Of a stretch of DNA of 35,155 nucleotides, positions 1 to 8,172 are shown in pieces. Position 1 is the stretch's first letter; each line of letters opens with the position of its first letter. The stretch is from positions 1-35,155 of the IMG/VR virus record IMGVR_UViG_3300036796_000279, one strand, 5' to 3'. This DNA comes from a virus. Lineage: Duplodnaviria > Caudoviricetes. A model generated the notes under the pieces. It did no database searches and was not told where the DNA came from. It saw only the letters and a program-made list of their open reading frames with translations. The position numbers were made by a program, and so were the translations under genes.

Positions 1-192
1 TCAGGAAAATTTCTGGTTAACCCCTCCGTTTAAAATCCACTTCTCCACCTCAGACCGAAGGTACTGTTTGGGGTGGGTCCGAATAGGCTTAGGGAAGTTG
101 TGGTGCTCGGTGTATTTCCAGATTGTCATTCTGGAGGATACTTTGAGCATCTTCATCGCCTCTTTTTCATCAATCATTTCAATATCAGCCAT
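1..192 (-). CDS. xis: Excisionase / AlpA-family HTH protein
   Basis: MADIEMIDEKEAMKMLKVSSRMTIWKY..FPKPI..YLRSEVEKWI pattern; GAGGTG RBS before ATG at 192; last gene of the leftward operon. Confidence 0.75.
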   Translation of the reverse strand: MADIEMIDEKEAMKMLKVSSRMTIWKYTEHHNFPKPIRTHPKQYLRSEVEKWILNGGVNQKFS

Positions 193-199
193 AATCACC

Positions 200-460
200 T
201 CACACCGCGCCAATCGCTTTCTGTACCACTCGGTAACCCCGCCTCCTGGGCTTCTTCTTCGGTTCGATCTTCACTCCGGCCACCTTCGGCGCTGGTGGCA
301 TCGGTACGCTGACGCCGTTCCGCATATCTCGCCTTGCGTTCATCAACCAGACCAGGCGGTTAGTATGGTCGCAGCCATCATCAATATGGACGCTGGCCTT
401 GACCTGTTCGTCGTTGATATCAACCAGGCGGTCTTTCGATACACGTTTCATCGTTGGCAT
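200..460 (-). CDS. Hypothetical phage protein, basic C-terminus
   Basis: ORF with GGAGG RBS, packed in the leftward operon. Confidence 0.7.
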   Translation of the reverse strand: MPTMKRVSKDRLVDINDEQVKASVHIDDGCDHTNRLVWLMNARRDMRNGVSVPMPPAPKVAGVKIEPKKKPRRRGYRVVQKAIGAV

Positions 461-855
461 TGGTTGGCCTCCGATTTGCTCAACTCATTCTGCAGGCGTT
501 CTTCGGCTAATGCCCGGGCGACTGCAATTGAGGATTTCAGATCAGCGCTTGGTACCTGCTGGCGCAGCAGCTTCAACAGCTCTTCGTTTTCATACTGCAT
601 CCGGAGCTTGTTTGTTTCTCTTTCATCCCTGCGCAGCACAGCCAGTTTTTCAGTGATACGGCGGCGCGTTTTGCTCCACGATTTGTGTGCGTCAGTTGCC
701 CTGCGGAACCAGTCGGCATCCTCAGAGCCACGGACATCCAGTTTCGACTTAATGGTATCAATGGTCTTATTGGCGATAGCCAGTGCTTCGAGGCATTCAG
801 GAATTCCGGCCAGTGCCTCAAGAACAATTCGGTTGTTTTCTCGTTTGATGCTCAT
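448..855 (-). CDS. Hypothetical coiled-coil phage protein
   Basis: Start MSIKREN at 855 with GGAGG RBS; ATGA overlap with the upstream stop. Confidence 0.75.
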   Translation of the reverse strand: MSIKRENNRIVLEALAGIPECLEALAIANKTIDTIKSKLDVRGSEDADWFRRATDAHKSWSKTRRRITEKLAVLRRDERETNKLRMQYENEELLKLLRQQVPSADLKSSIAVARALAEERLQNELSKSEANQCQR

Positions 856-1247
856 GGCTTTTCCTCCTGCATGCCGCCACGCGAAGGAATGGTCATATGA
901 CCACACCCGTACTTTTCCGGTTCTCCTGCAGCTGAATCAGAATAGCCAGCCGCGATAATTGCTTTAGCTGCGCTGGCTGGACTAGCATTTTCGCGTGACA
1001 TTTCCTGCTCGATAACTTCGTTCAGTTCAGATTGAAGGATGCCCTCATAGTCTTTCGGCCACACGCTCCAGGGCAGATCTGCGCCCTCAAAACCCGACAG
1101 AATATCCAGTGTCAGCGCAACTGCTTTGTCAGCGCTCTGGGCTGGTTTACGGTACCCGGCAGCCCATACGGCATCGGTTACATCACTCGGATCAGTGCCA
1201 GCGGCTTTGATAACCTGCGCCAGCGCGAAAATGTTGGATTCTGTCAT
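852..1247 (-). CDS. Hypothetical phage protein with two 'A.(I/W).AAGY' motifs
   Basis: GAGG RBS; coupled to both neighbours. Confidence 0.75.
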   Translation of the reverse strand: MTESNIFALAQVIKAAGTDPSDVTDAVWAAGYRKPAQSADKAVALTLDILSGFEGADLPWSVWPKDYEGILQSELNEVIEQEMSRENASPASAAKAIIAAGYSDSAAGEPEKYGCGHMTIPSRGGMQEEKP

Positions 1248-1248
1248 T

Positions 1249-1629
1249 TCAGATATCCTCTTCGTTGATTGCTACCTGCTTCCCGCAGCGGGGGCAGAAT
1301 TTGACATCGTTTTCAGCAGGTACGCCGTCGATAAATTGCCAGAACGCACCACACGACCCAGACCAGGCGAACTCAGGGTGATCTTGATAAGACCAAAGAC
1401 ATGAACCTATGCTTGGGCTATCCGTTAAAACCAATCCCCGATTAGTTCCGCGTTTCATTTCCAGGTAACCTTTTCTTTGCAAAGCCTTCAGGTGAAGGTG
1501 TGCACTGTTTGGCGATTTCCACCCCATACCCGAAGCGATTTCCTGTATGCTGGGTGACATTCCGTTTTCACGGATGTAAGCGCGAATAAAATTCAGCGTT
1601 GATTGCTGAGTCTCTGTCAAACATGTCAT
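1249..1629 (-). CDS. LexA-type winged-HTH DNA-binding domain fused to a Cys-rich putative Zn ribbon
   Basis: LTETQQSTLNFI..YI.ENGMSPS.QEIA..MGWKSPNSAHLHLKALQRKGY matches the LexA N-domain; C-terminal C..SC..FCPRCG; no S24 peptidase domain. Confidence 0.85.
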   Translation of the reverse strand: MTCLTETQQSTLNFIRAYIRENGMSPSIQEIASGMGWKSPNSAHLHLKALQRKGYLEMKRGTNRGLVLTDSPSIGSCLWSYQDHPEFAWSGSCGAFWQFIDGVPAENDVKFCPRCGKQVAINEEDI

Positions 1630-1850
1630 CGTCCTGCCTCCCGTACTGCTACCCTGTAGGCTCGCAACGCATGCCTTGATTTACCGGAAATAACGGTTTT
1701 CATGATGAAGAAACCACGATGTTCGCTGACGACTTCCGGCACCAGGAAGAGGGTGGTATCAGCCACCCGGTTATGCTTACGAAACTCAAATACGGTGCTG
1801 GTAATCGTGACGTTCGCCACTGCGCCGAAGTCCTGATAATCGATTTTCAT
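1626..1850 (-). CDS. Hypothetical phage protein
   Basis: ATGA overlaps at both ends. Confidence 0.75.
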   Translation of the reverse strand: MKIDYQDFGAVANVTITSTVFEFRKHNRVADTTLFLVPEVVSEHRGFFIMKTVISGKSRHALRAYRVAVREAGR

Positions 1851-2269
1851 GGCGTTTCCTTCCCTTCGACCTTTCTGACGTATTCATCCCACCCACCGTA
1901 ACTGCTAACCATTTCTCCGAGCCTGGAGAAGCAGGCATTGAGCCACCGGATCCCGCGAGGGGTAAGAGCCGGAACAGTACCCCAGTCGATAAAATCAGTG
2001 TTCTTGCGGCTCCTGTACGTGATGAGGTCCAGGATATCGATGTAATGCGCCAGACGGCGTTCGATGCCCCACCCCTTATCCATGAGATAGGAGTCAATAA
2101 ATCCCTGCACAGCTGGCTGATTAAGTGAGATATCACCGTTCACATGACGATAAACCGGGCGGCGATGCAGGCTTACCAGATAGAACAGGTACGCATCACA
2201 TACCCACGTAAGCGCCTGCTGGTGGGACTCGAACAGAGTTTTGCCGGGCTCGGTGTAAATGCTGTGCAT
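1847..2269 (-). CDS. Hypothetical phage protein
   Basis: 140 aa ORF overlapping both neighbours. Confidence 0.75.
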   Translation of the reverse strand: MHSIYTEPGKTLFESHQQALTWVCDAYLFYLVSLHRRPVYRHVNGDISLNQPAVQGFIDSYLMDKGWGIERRLAHYIDILDLITYRSRKNTDFIDWGTVPALTPRGIRWLNACFSRLGEMVSSYGGWDEYVRKVEGKETP

Positions 2270-2544
2270 TATTTGGTTTCCTGCTGGTTGTCGGATTTCA
2301 GGCTAAGCTCAAACCCGCCAGACTCAGCGTTGAGTGAATCCGCTTCACCATAGGTCGCGATGCGGATAGATTTGAAGGTTGGGTGAGTAATTCCATCCGG
2401 GCGCTGGCAGATACTCACGGCAGCGCTGACCGCCGCGGCAGTTTCGCTGCTGCCCTGAGTGAAAATTGAGTACTCGCTTCGCTCGCTGTTCTTTGTCACC
2501 ATGAAGGTGACGAAGTACCAGACAGATATTGGTTCGTTTTTCAT
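2269..2544 (-). CDS. Hypothetical phage protein
   Basis: ATG at 2544 with GAGGG RBS; TAATG overlap with the next gene. Confidence 0.7.
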   Translation of the reverse strand: MKNEPISVWYFVTFMVTKNSERSEYSIFTQGSSETAAAVSAAVSICQRPDGITHPTFKSIRIATYGEADSLNAESGGFELSLKSDNQQETK

Positions 2545-2553
2545 CGCCAACCC

Positions 2554-3057
2554 TCAGTGCACGGATGGTTTTACGGGCAGCTTCTCTCCGGAACGCATCC
2601 GGGCAGCCAGGTCGGTAAAAATGTCATCAAGAAACTCGGTGAACCAGTTTTCTCCGATTTCTTCCAGGCGCTGATCGTTGGCCTTGTAGAATTGGTAAAC
2701 CGCGATATAACGATCCTGCTTGGTTTCGAGGAGAGCACCTTCGACGTGCTCAATGAGCAGGCTTTCAATCAGTTCGCGCCCTAAGCCGAACACGAACTCA
2801 CCGCTTTTCAGATGATATTCGCCGTCACACATACCCCAGCGTTTCTCGCACTCGATGAGATAGCGTAAGGCGACTGTGCTACGCATTGAACGACAGACGG
2901 TTTCTGCCCATTCGTGAATCTCTGCGTCAGTGAGAGCCTCCTTGCCATACCGGTTTTCATCGAGCATCCATTCAGGAAACTTTTCCCCGGTCCGTGCCTG
3001 CATATCCTTCAGTCTGGCGACGAGCTGTTTCACATTTTCTTTTTCAGCATTCATCAT
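2554..3057 (-). CDS. Hypothetical phage protein (167 aa)
   Basis: Start MMNAEKE at 3057 overlaps the upstream stop (ATGA); the longer 5' extension in the ORF track overlaps another gene. Confidence 0.75.
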   Translation of the reverse strand: MMNAEKENVKQLVARLKDMQARTGEKFPEWMLDENRYGKEALTDAEIHEWAETVCRSMRSTVALRYLIECEKRWGMCDGEYHLKSGEFVFGLGRELIESLLIEHVEGALLETKQDRYIAVYQFYKANDQRLEEIGENWFTEFLDDIFTDLAARMRSGEKLPVKPSVH

Positions 3058-3275
3058 TTTCTGTCCTTCTTGCCGTTGTATTGTTCGTGGCTCATTACTT
3101 GCCAGTTCTTGCCGCCATCCCGTGACAGCAGACGCCAGCGCGGATTTACTACCAGGCTGAGATGCCCAGTGCGATACATTCGGCGGGCGTGGATGCGTTG
3201 CGCCCGGTAGCGGGCCAGAACAAGCACAGCCCGCATGTGAACCCACTCAGGAACACGAATTGCTGTAAGCGCCAT
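3054..3275 (-). CDS. Small basic ParE/RelE-like toxin-fold phage protein
   Basis: LSLVVNPRWRLLSRDGGKNWQVMSHEQYN resembles the RelE/ParE-like motif (..V..RWRLL....W...SH..Y). Confidence 0.55.
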   Translation of the reverse strand: MALTAIRVPEWVHMRAVLVLARYRAQRIHARRMYRTGHLSLVVNPRWRLLSRDGGKNWQVMSHEQYNGKKDRK

Positions 3276-3505
3276 CAACTGCCCTCGCTTACTTTGTAGC
3301 CAGCATCACGAGCCAGCTCTAAGAAGCTGTCCAGGCTGGCTACATGTTCACGGTCAAGCAGCCGGCGGTGGCAAATAGCGCGTCCCTTTTCGAAGTGGAT
3401 AACTACACGCCCGGTAAAGTCGGGTAAGACGTGTAATTCAATATTCAGAACCGGAGCCGGGATATGTACGCCTCGGTGGTTGATAGTTCTTTGCTCAGTT
3501 GGCAT
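3275..3505 (-). CDS. Hypothetical phage protein
   Basis: Start MPTEQ with GAAGGGGG RBS; TGATG overlap with the next gene. Confidence 0.7.
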   Translation of the reverse strand: MPTEQRTINHRGVHIPAPVLNIELHVLPDFTGRVVIHFEKGRAICHRRLLDREHVASLDSFLELARDAGYKVSEGS

Positions 3506-3848
3506 GCTTTCCCCCTTCATGTTCGAAAGCCCGTTCAGCTAAATTCGCTATAACCGCGTTCATAAATTCCATGCCCAGCGGAGAAAGCTTGTTTAATTTG
3601 TTGCCCATGCAGGCGCTGTAATGCTCTGATATGTGCCGCTCAGCATCAGCGCGTTTGTTTACGTCAAACACCATCGCTTCGAAAATCTTGATTAATGCCT
3701 TTGTTAATATTTCTTCGGTTAATTCAACGGTTGTTGATTTCCCGTTGGGAAGCTTAACGATATCGAAATAACTTCCAGTTTTGCGCTGCATGGAATTCAG
3801 CTTCGCAATAACAATCCGTCGGCGACGTGTTTCAATTATCGAGGTCAC
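3495..3848 (-). CDS. Hypothetical phage protein
   Basis: Probable GTG start at 3848 (ORF track extends to 3896); start uncertain. Confidence 0.65.
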   Translation of the reverse strand: MTSIIETRRRRIVIAKLNSMQRKTGSYFDIVKLPNGKSTTVELTEEILTKALIKIFEAMVFDVNKRADAERHISEHYSACMGNKLNKLSPLGMEFMNAVIANLAERAFEHEGGKHAN

Positions 3849-4059
3849 TTTGTTTTTTCTCCTCTGCCTGAATCCATTTGTTAACATCTGCTGCAAGGTT
3901 CCAGGCTATTTCCGCAAGATTTATCAACTGCTCCTTTTCCATACCTTCGCCATTTTCACTAATGGTCTTTAACTGGTAGAAAAGTTGCTCTGATGTAATG
4001 CTTATTACGTCAACACCCCAGCCCACAGGACTCATGGTTTTTTGCTTTGATTTATTCAT
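3832..4059 (-). CDS. Small acidic helical protein
   Basis: GGGAG RBS; 75 aa; in the PL operon. Confidence 0.7.
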   Translation of the reverse strand: MNKSKQKTMSPVGWGVDVISITSEQLFYQLKTISENGEGMEKEQLINLAEIAWNLAADVNKWIQAEEKKQSDLDN

Positions 4060-4061
4060 AG

Positions 4062-4178
4062 CTATCTCCCATATGCTTTACGCAAGAAGAGGTCTGCAAT
4101 ATGGCGATACTCTTCACCGTAATTAACAAAAATAACGAGCGCTGTTCGGTATGCTGCTTTGTCTTTTATGAAGGTCAT
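4062..4178 (-). CDS. 38-aa small protein MTFIKDKAAYRTALVIFVNYGEEYRHIADLFLRKAYGR (not in ORF track)
   Basis: ATG 4178 with GGAG RBS, TAG 4062-4064; exactly fills the gap between neighbours. Confidence 0.7.
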   Translation of the reverse strand: MTFIKDKAAYRTALVIFVNYGEEYRHIADLFLRKAYGR

Positions 4179-4184
4179 AAGAAC

Positions 4185-4403
4185 TCACTCCGAGTATTCA
4201 CTGTAAATGCTGTCTATTTTCTCAAATGCAGAGCCCATAACAGCGAGCGCACAGCCAATCATCATTGTTCTTTCTTCATCCGGGATAGTGCAGCAATTAA
4301 CATGCGCCACACCAACAGTGCCCCACGCATCACGCATACCTTCAAGAGCGTCAGCAATATCACCAAGCGCCTTGCGGTAATCAGTTTCATTATTCATATC
4401 CAT
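4185..4403 (-). CDS. Small helical protein, apparent paralogue of 4462-4644
   Basis: GAGGA RBS; shares RDA-x7-H-x5-IP..M..CAL-x5-A.E.ID. Confidence 0.7.
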   Translation of the reverse strand: MDMNNETDYRKALGDIADALEGMRDAWGTVGVAHVNCCTIPDEERTMMIGCALAVMGSAFEKIDSIYSEYSE

Positions 4404-4461
4404 TCCTCAGGATGTGTTTAGCCCCAGCGGTTAGGCTGTAATTTAAAGTTGGTTAATTTAA

Positions 4462-4644
4462 TTAGAGGTTGTCAATTGCTTCTAATGCTTGATATGCGCT
4501 GTTTAATGCGCAACTCACGGCCATTTCTTTTGCTGGTATGTCAAGCTCCACAGTGTGCGTGATCTCAATAACTGCGATTGCATCGCGGAGGTTGTTTATA
4601 TAAAGGCTGAGTAGTTCAAGGCTTGTATCTTTCGTGAGTTTCAT
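4462..4644 (-). CDS. Small helical protein, apparent paralogue of 4185-4403
   Basis: ATGA overlap with the upstream gene; shared motif. Confidence 0.7.
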   Translation of the reverse strand: MKLTKDTSLELLSLYINNLRDAIAVIEITHTVELDIPAKEMAVSCALNSAYQALEAIDNL

Positions 4645-4850
4645 AGTTTATTCTCCGGCCAGTCAGAACCAAATGTATCGTTAATGGTTTTAATATCTCT
4701 GACGAGTTGGTTAATACAAACCCTGATAAGTGATGCCGCCTGATAACTAGTCTCCTCATCATCTCTGGCGTAAGCCAGAGTTTGAATTACGTAATCAAGG
4801 TTAAAGGTCAGGTCACGCATGTTCATATTTTCTTTTGTAGGTAATTTCAT
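4641..4850 (-). CDS. Small acidic helical protein
   Basis: ATGA overlaps at both ends. Confidence 0.7.
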   Translation of the reverse strand: MKLPTKENMNMRDLTFNLDYVIQTLAYARDDEETSYQAASLIRVCINQLVRDIKTINDTFGSDWPENKL

Positions 4851-5044
4851 GCGACACCGCCTTGAACGCGAGCCTCTTTGGCATATTGATGGGCCAGATC
4901 AATAAGTTCACTGGCAATTCCTTGCACTGCTTTATTGGTAGAGCACAAACAGACCTCAGATGCTGCTAACAAGTCAGCGATATTACTAATCGCGTCAATT
5001 GGCCTCATGGAAAGGCCGTCTAATAATTCTGATTCAATACTCAT
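4847..5044 (-). CDS. First gene of the PL operon, small acidic protein
   Basis: Start MSIESELL at 5044 with GAGG RBS, just downstream of the left operators. Confidence 0.7.
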   Translation of the reverse strand: MSIESELLDGLSMRPIDAISNIADLLAASEVCLCSTNKAVQGIASELIDLAHQYAKEARVQGGVA

Positions 5045-5077
5045 TTCATTTGCCTCGCTGTTTGCTGATGAAATGAT

Positions 5078-5156
5078 AATAGAACATGCTATTGGGTGGA
5101 TCAATAGAAAATTCTATTTATTTTGCTATTGAGTTTTATGTAATTGATTGTGCTAT
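5078..5156 (-). promoter_or_regulatory. OL operators / PL region
   Basis: Palindromes AATAG-AACATG-CTATT (5078-5093) and AATAG-AAAATT-CTATT (5103-5118); degenerate ATTG-N6-CTAT (5143-5156). Confidence 0.75.
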
Positions 5157-5179
5157 AAAAAAAGCCGCAAATGCGGCTT
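5157..5179 (-). terminator. Rho-independent terminator after cI
   Basis: AAGCCGC-N4-GCGGCTT hairpin followed by a U run on the minus strand. Confidence 0.8.
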
Positions 5180-5197
5180 GGGTGTTCGAGATGGCTG

Positions 5198-5917
5198 TTA
5201 AATCAAAACGGAATACCAGAAAACTCTACCTATAATTTCTATGCTGTTGAGCGGTTTTTCTTCTGGTGGATGCTCTGCTGAGTTGTAGCTCCTTACGCTT
5301 ACAGTTTCAGGCCCGGTGCGGTATAGCATTTTTATACGTTTCCAGCCATCTTCACTGATTGCATACACCTTGCCGTCTACGATTTTCTTATCTTCAGTGT
5401 TAATAGCGACAGTCGTACCATCAGGTATCACTGGTTCCATGCTATCCCCTCTGGCCGGGAAGCACATAATCCCGTGACCGTCGGAGCTTGCCCCAATTCG
5501 CCGTAGGGTGGCTTTTGAGAATCTGAGTTTATATCCGTTATAATCTTCATCTCCAATGCGCCCGTCACCACAAGCAAACTCAATATCCTTTAGAAAAGGC
5601 ACTTCCACCTCATCGTCATCGAGTGGGGTATCACGATCCCACGTTTTTACCCCAATGTGGTCTTGTGCTTTTGGCGGTTGATGGGCTAATGCTGCCCTCA
5701 TTGGTCCGCTGCCATCAGCCAGCCACTCAGTCCTGACGCCTAGTGCATTAGCAATATCGACTATCTTTGTTGTGCCCTTGGCGTTCCCAGATGCAATCCT
5801 CCATATGGTTGGCTGGGCCATGTTTGCAACTTTGGCAAGCTGCCCCTGGCTCATTCCCATCTCGTGCATTGCGTAGTTAAGCCTGTCCGCGAGTGTTTTA
5901 AGTGTACTTTCTTGCAT
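5198..5917 (-). CDS. cI: CI-type repressor (XRE HTH plus S24 autopeptidase)
   Basis: HTH MSQGQLAKVANMAQPTIWRI; CG cleavage site (FACGDG); GDSMEP catalytic Ser; RIKML Lys; IIGRVFW end. Confidence 0.95.
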   Translation of the reverse strand: MQESTLKTLADRLNYAMHEMGMSQGQLAKVANMAQPTIWRIASGNAKGTTKIVDIANALGVRTEWLADGSGPMRAALAHQPPKAQDHIGVKTWDRDTPLDDDEVEVPFLKDIEFACGDGRIGDEDYNGYKLRFSKATLRRIGASSDGHGIMCFPARGDSMEPVIPDGTTVAINTEDKKIVDGKVYAISEDGWKRIKMLYRTGPETVSVRSYNSAEHPPEEKPLNSIEIIGRVFWYSVLI

Positions 5918-5922
5918 TTTAT

Positions 5923-6007
5923 ATAGCCTCCGCTATCACATTTTAGCCCCGCATAATAAACAAGTCTATTGCTCATTCCAATAGCAATTGCTATCATTAA
6001 TCAATAG
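5923..6007. promoter_or_regulatory. OR operators / PR-PRM region
   Basis: ATAG-CCTCCG-CTAT (5923-5936), ATAA-ACAAGT-CTAT (5956-5969), ATAG-CAATTG-CTAT (5981-5994): same consensus as OL. Confidence 0.8.
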
Positions 6008-6031
6008 CAATTAACTTGGGTTGGTAATGTT

Positions 6032-6271
6032 ATGAAAACGGCAATTGAAAGAGCTATTGATGCAGCTGGAGGGGTAAACGCTTTGGCTCGTGCAGTGGGC
6101 GTTAAGCAGCCGTCGGTGTCTTACTGGAGAAGGGTGGGAGTTGTCGGGGTGGATTACGTGCCCGATGTCGCAAGGCTGACCGGAGTACCGGCCCATGAGT
6201 TGCGACCGGATAAGCCAAAACTATTCCCGCGCCCTGATGACACCTCTGATGCTGAAGGAGGCAGCCAATGA
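6032..6271 (+). CDS. cro: Cro-like / YdaS-family HTH regulator
   Basis: AIDAAGGVNALARAVGVKQPSVSYW..HELRPD; divergent from cI. Confidence 0.9.
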   Translation: MKTAIERAIDAAGGVNALARAVGVKQPSVSYWRRVGVVGVDYVPDVARLTGVPAHELRPDKPKLFPRPDDTSDAEGGSQ

Positions 6272-7125
6272 AACCCCAACTCAAAACCATCAGCGCTGAC
6301 CGCCTGCCAGAAATCCAGTGGGAAGGTGTGCGCGTTGTTACCACTGAAACGCTGGCTGCAGGATATGGCACTGATGCAGAAAATATCCGTCGCAACCTGA
6401 ATCGTAATCGCAGCCGCTTCATTGAAGGTGAGCATATCTTCACTATCGAAGGTGACGACCTGAAAGCTTTGCGCGGGACTTTGAGTCCTGCACAAATTTC
6501 GAACAAGGCTCGAACTCTTACCCTTTGGGCCGTTCGCGGTGCTGCCCGCATGTCAAAAATCGTAGATACCGATGAGGCTTGGTCATTCTTCGAGAAGATG
6601 GAGTGCGCTTACTTCCGCAAGCCAGATCCTGCTCTTCCGGTTAGCACAATGCCCGACTTCAATAATCCGGCTGCTGCTGCCCGCGCATGGGCTGATGAGT
6701 ATGAGGCCAAAAATAAAGCGGTAGTTTACGTCCATCGGCAGGCGCAATACATCAGCCACCTCGAAAACCTGTTTCAGGATGGTATGACACCCTTCCAGTT
6801 TTGCAAACTGCTGAACGGCGTGAATGTCAGCCAGATAAACGCTTTTCTCGCCGATCACAACTGGCTGTTCGACGAACGCCCGGACTCTCGTAAAGCCGCC
6901 TGGCGGGTTAAGCACTACGCCCGTGATTTGTACCTGACAGAGAAACGCCAGCGCATAGATCCCGACGAAGCAGAGAGCTTTGATGCGTACAAACCCATCC
7001 TGAAACGCAAGGGAGCCACCTGGCTTTACCGGCACTACCTCAAGGGCAACCTGCCGATGAAAAAAGACTGGGATGGCAAATTTACCCACGACACCGACCT
7101 GCAGGAGGGACTCAATGCAGCCTGA
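6268..7125 (+). CDS. ORF6N-domain antirepressor-like protein with KilAC/ANT-like C-terminal half
   Basis: RVVTTETLAAGYGT..NI..N.NRN..RFIEG.H.F..EG..LK and LW..RGAARMSK..DTD.AW..FE; PDFNNPAAAARAWA linker. Confidence 0.85.
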   Translation: MKPQLKTISADRLPEIQWEGVRVVTTETLAAGYGTDAENIRRNLNRNRSRFIEGEHIFTIEGDDLKALRGTLSPAQISNKARTLTLWAVRGAARMSKIVDTDEAWSFFEKMECAYFRKPDPALPVSTMPDFNNPAAAARAWADEYEAKNKAVVYVHRQAQYISHLENLFQDGMTPFQFCKLLNGVNVSQINAFLADHNWLFDERPDSRKAAWRVKHYARDLYLTEKRQRIDPDEAESFDAYKPILKRKGATWLYRHYLKGNLPMKKDWDGKFTHDTDLQEGLNAA

Positions 7126-7355
7126 AGAGTTCATCTTAAAAAACATCATCACTGTATTGGTGAGCGAGGGCGTACCGCCTGAAGTCGCCAGGGGGGGGGG
7201 CTGATGCCGGACTTGATTACTACCGCCGATGCTCTCAGGCGAGCCGCAAAGGGCGCATGTTTGACGATGTGCTCTATGAGGCCCGGCAGTGGGTACGATT
7301 TCATGCCAGTAAGCCACGGCGCAAGCGCCCGGAACGTAAAGGTAGCCTGCTATGA
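7115..7355 (+). pseudogene. Small phage gene frameshifted at a G10 tract (79 aa with G9)
   Basis: ATG 7115 with GGAGG RBS reads MQPEEFILKN..EVARGGG then TGA (7202-7204); the +1 frame continues ADAGLDYYRRCSQASRKGRMFDD..KGSLL to TGA 7353-7355, overlapping the initiator ATG. Confidence 0.75.
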
Positions 7356-8164
7356 GTCTTAAATTGATGGATAAGGCCTTCGACATTCGCGTTGGTAATC
7401 CGCTGCGTAAACTCATCCTGATTAAGCTGGCCGATAACGCCAGCGACCAGGGAGAGTGCTGGCCGTCATACCAGCACATCGCTAACCAGTGCGAAATAAG
7501 CAAGCGATCAGTGATGTCCCATATTGATGCGTTATGCGAAATGGGGCTTATCAGAAAAGAGTACCGCAGCGGCCCAAAAGGTAACTCCAGTAACCTCTAT
7601 CTTCTGACTCTGGATGGTGCAGGAGATTCACCAGGGGGTAGTGCAGGATATTCACTACCTGGTGCAGCACGTTCACCAGGTAGTGCAGGAGATTCACCAG
7701 GGGGTAGTGCAGGAGCTGCACCCAGAATCAGTCATTCTTTTGAATCAGTCAAAGAACCTGTCATTGAACCAAAAGATATTGGTGCATCCGCTGACGCTCC
7801 TGCACAAAAGCGCTCTTCCAGAGATGAATATTCACCTGAATTCGAAACCGCCTGGCAGGCATACCCAAAACGCGCTGGTGGTAACCCGAAAGCCGCGGCC
7901 TGGAAACACTGGAAAGCACGGCTTAACGAGGGGGTTAAACCCGAAGCCATGCTGGAAGGCGTTAAGCGCTATGCGGCGTTCGTACAGGCTACGGGTAATA
8001 CCGGAACCCAGTACGTCAAACAGGCCGCCACGTTCTTCGGGCCCGATCGCCATTTTGAGGAATCCTGGCAAGTACCCGCCAATCAGCTAGGCGGGCGACG
8101 AGGTGGTTTGCCAGTGGCAGGCTTCAGTAATCAGGACTACGGCCAGTCGAGCTGCGACTGGTAA
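7352..8164 (+). CDS. Replication initiator (O-like, N-terminal winged HTH)
   Basis: KLILIKLADNASDQGECWPSYQHIA..CEIS..SV..HI..L N-domain; FE.AW..YPKR and YVKQAATFFGPDRHFEE C-domain; internal iterons. Confidence 0.9.
   Translation: MSLKLMDKAFDIRVGNPLRKLILIKLADNASDQGECWPSYQHIANQCEISKRSVMSHIDALCEMGLIRKEYRSGPKGNSSNLYLLTLDGAGDSPGGSAGYSLPGAARSPGSAGDSPGGSAGAAPRISHSFESVKEPVIEPKDIGASADAPAQKRSSRDEYSPEFETAWQAYPKRAGGNPKAAAWKHWKARLNEGVKPEAMLEGVKRYAAFVQATGNTGTQYVKQAATFFGPDRHFEESWQVPANQLGGRRGGLPVAGFSNQDYGQSSCDW
7616..7722 (+). repeat. Five iterons (GTGCAG-N5-(T/G)CAC), likely replication origin
   Basis: Tandem variants of GTGCAGGAGATTCAC inside the initiator gene, followed by a more AT-rich stretch. Confidence 0.8.
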
Positions 8165-8172
8165 GCGGGAGA

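Noticed and set aside
68-958. 296-aa plus-strand ORF
   Set aside because: Antisense shadow of four coupled minus-strand genes with good RBSs; no motifs.
6583-7503. 306-aa minus-strand ORF crossing the poly-G tract
   Set aside because: Antisense to the antirepressor and initiator; no recognisable domain.
7616-7722. Repeats considered as a CRISPR array or DGR repeat
   Set aside because: No unique spacers, cas genes or reverse transcriptase; location inside the initiator fits iterons.
7614-8090. Alternative-frame ORF with VVQEIHQ repeats
   Set aside because: By-product of iterons whose spacings are multiples of three.
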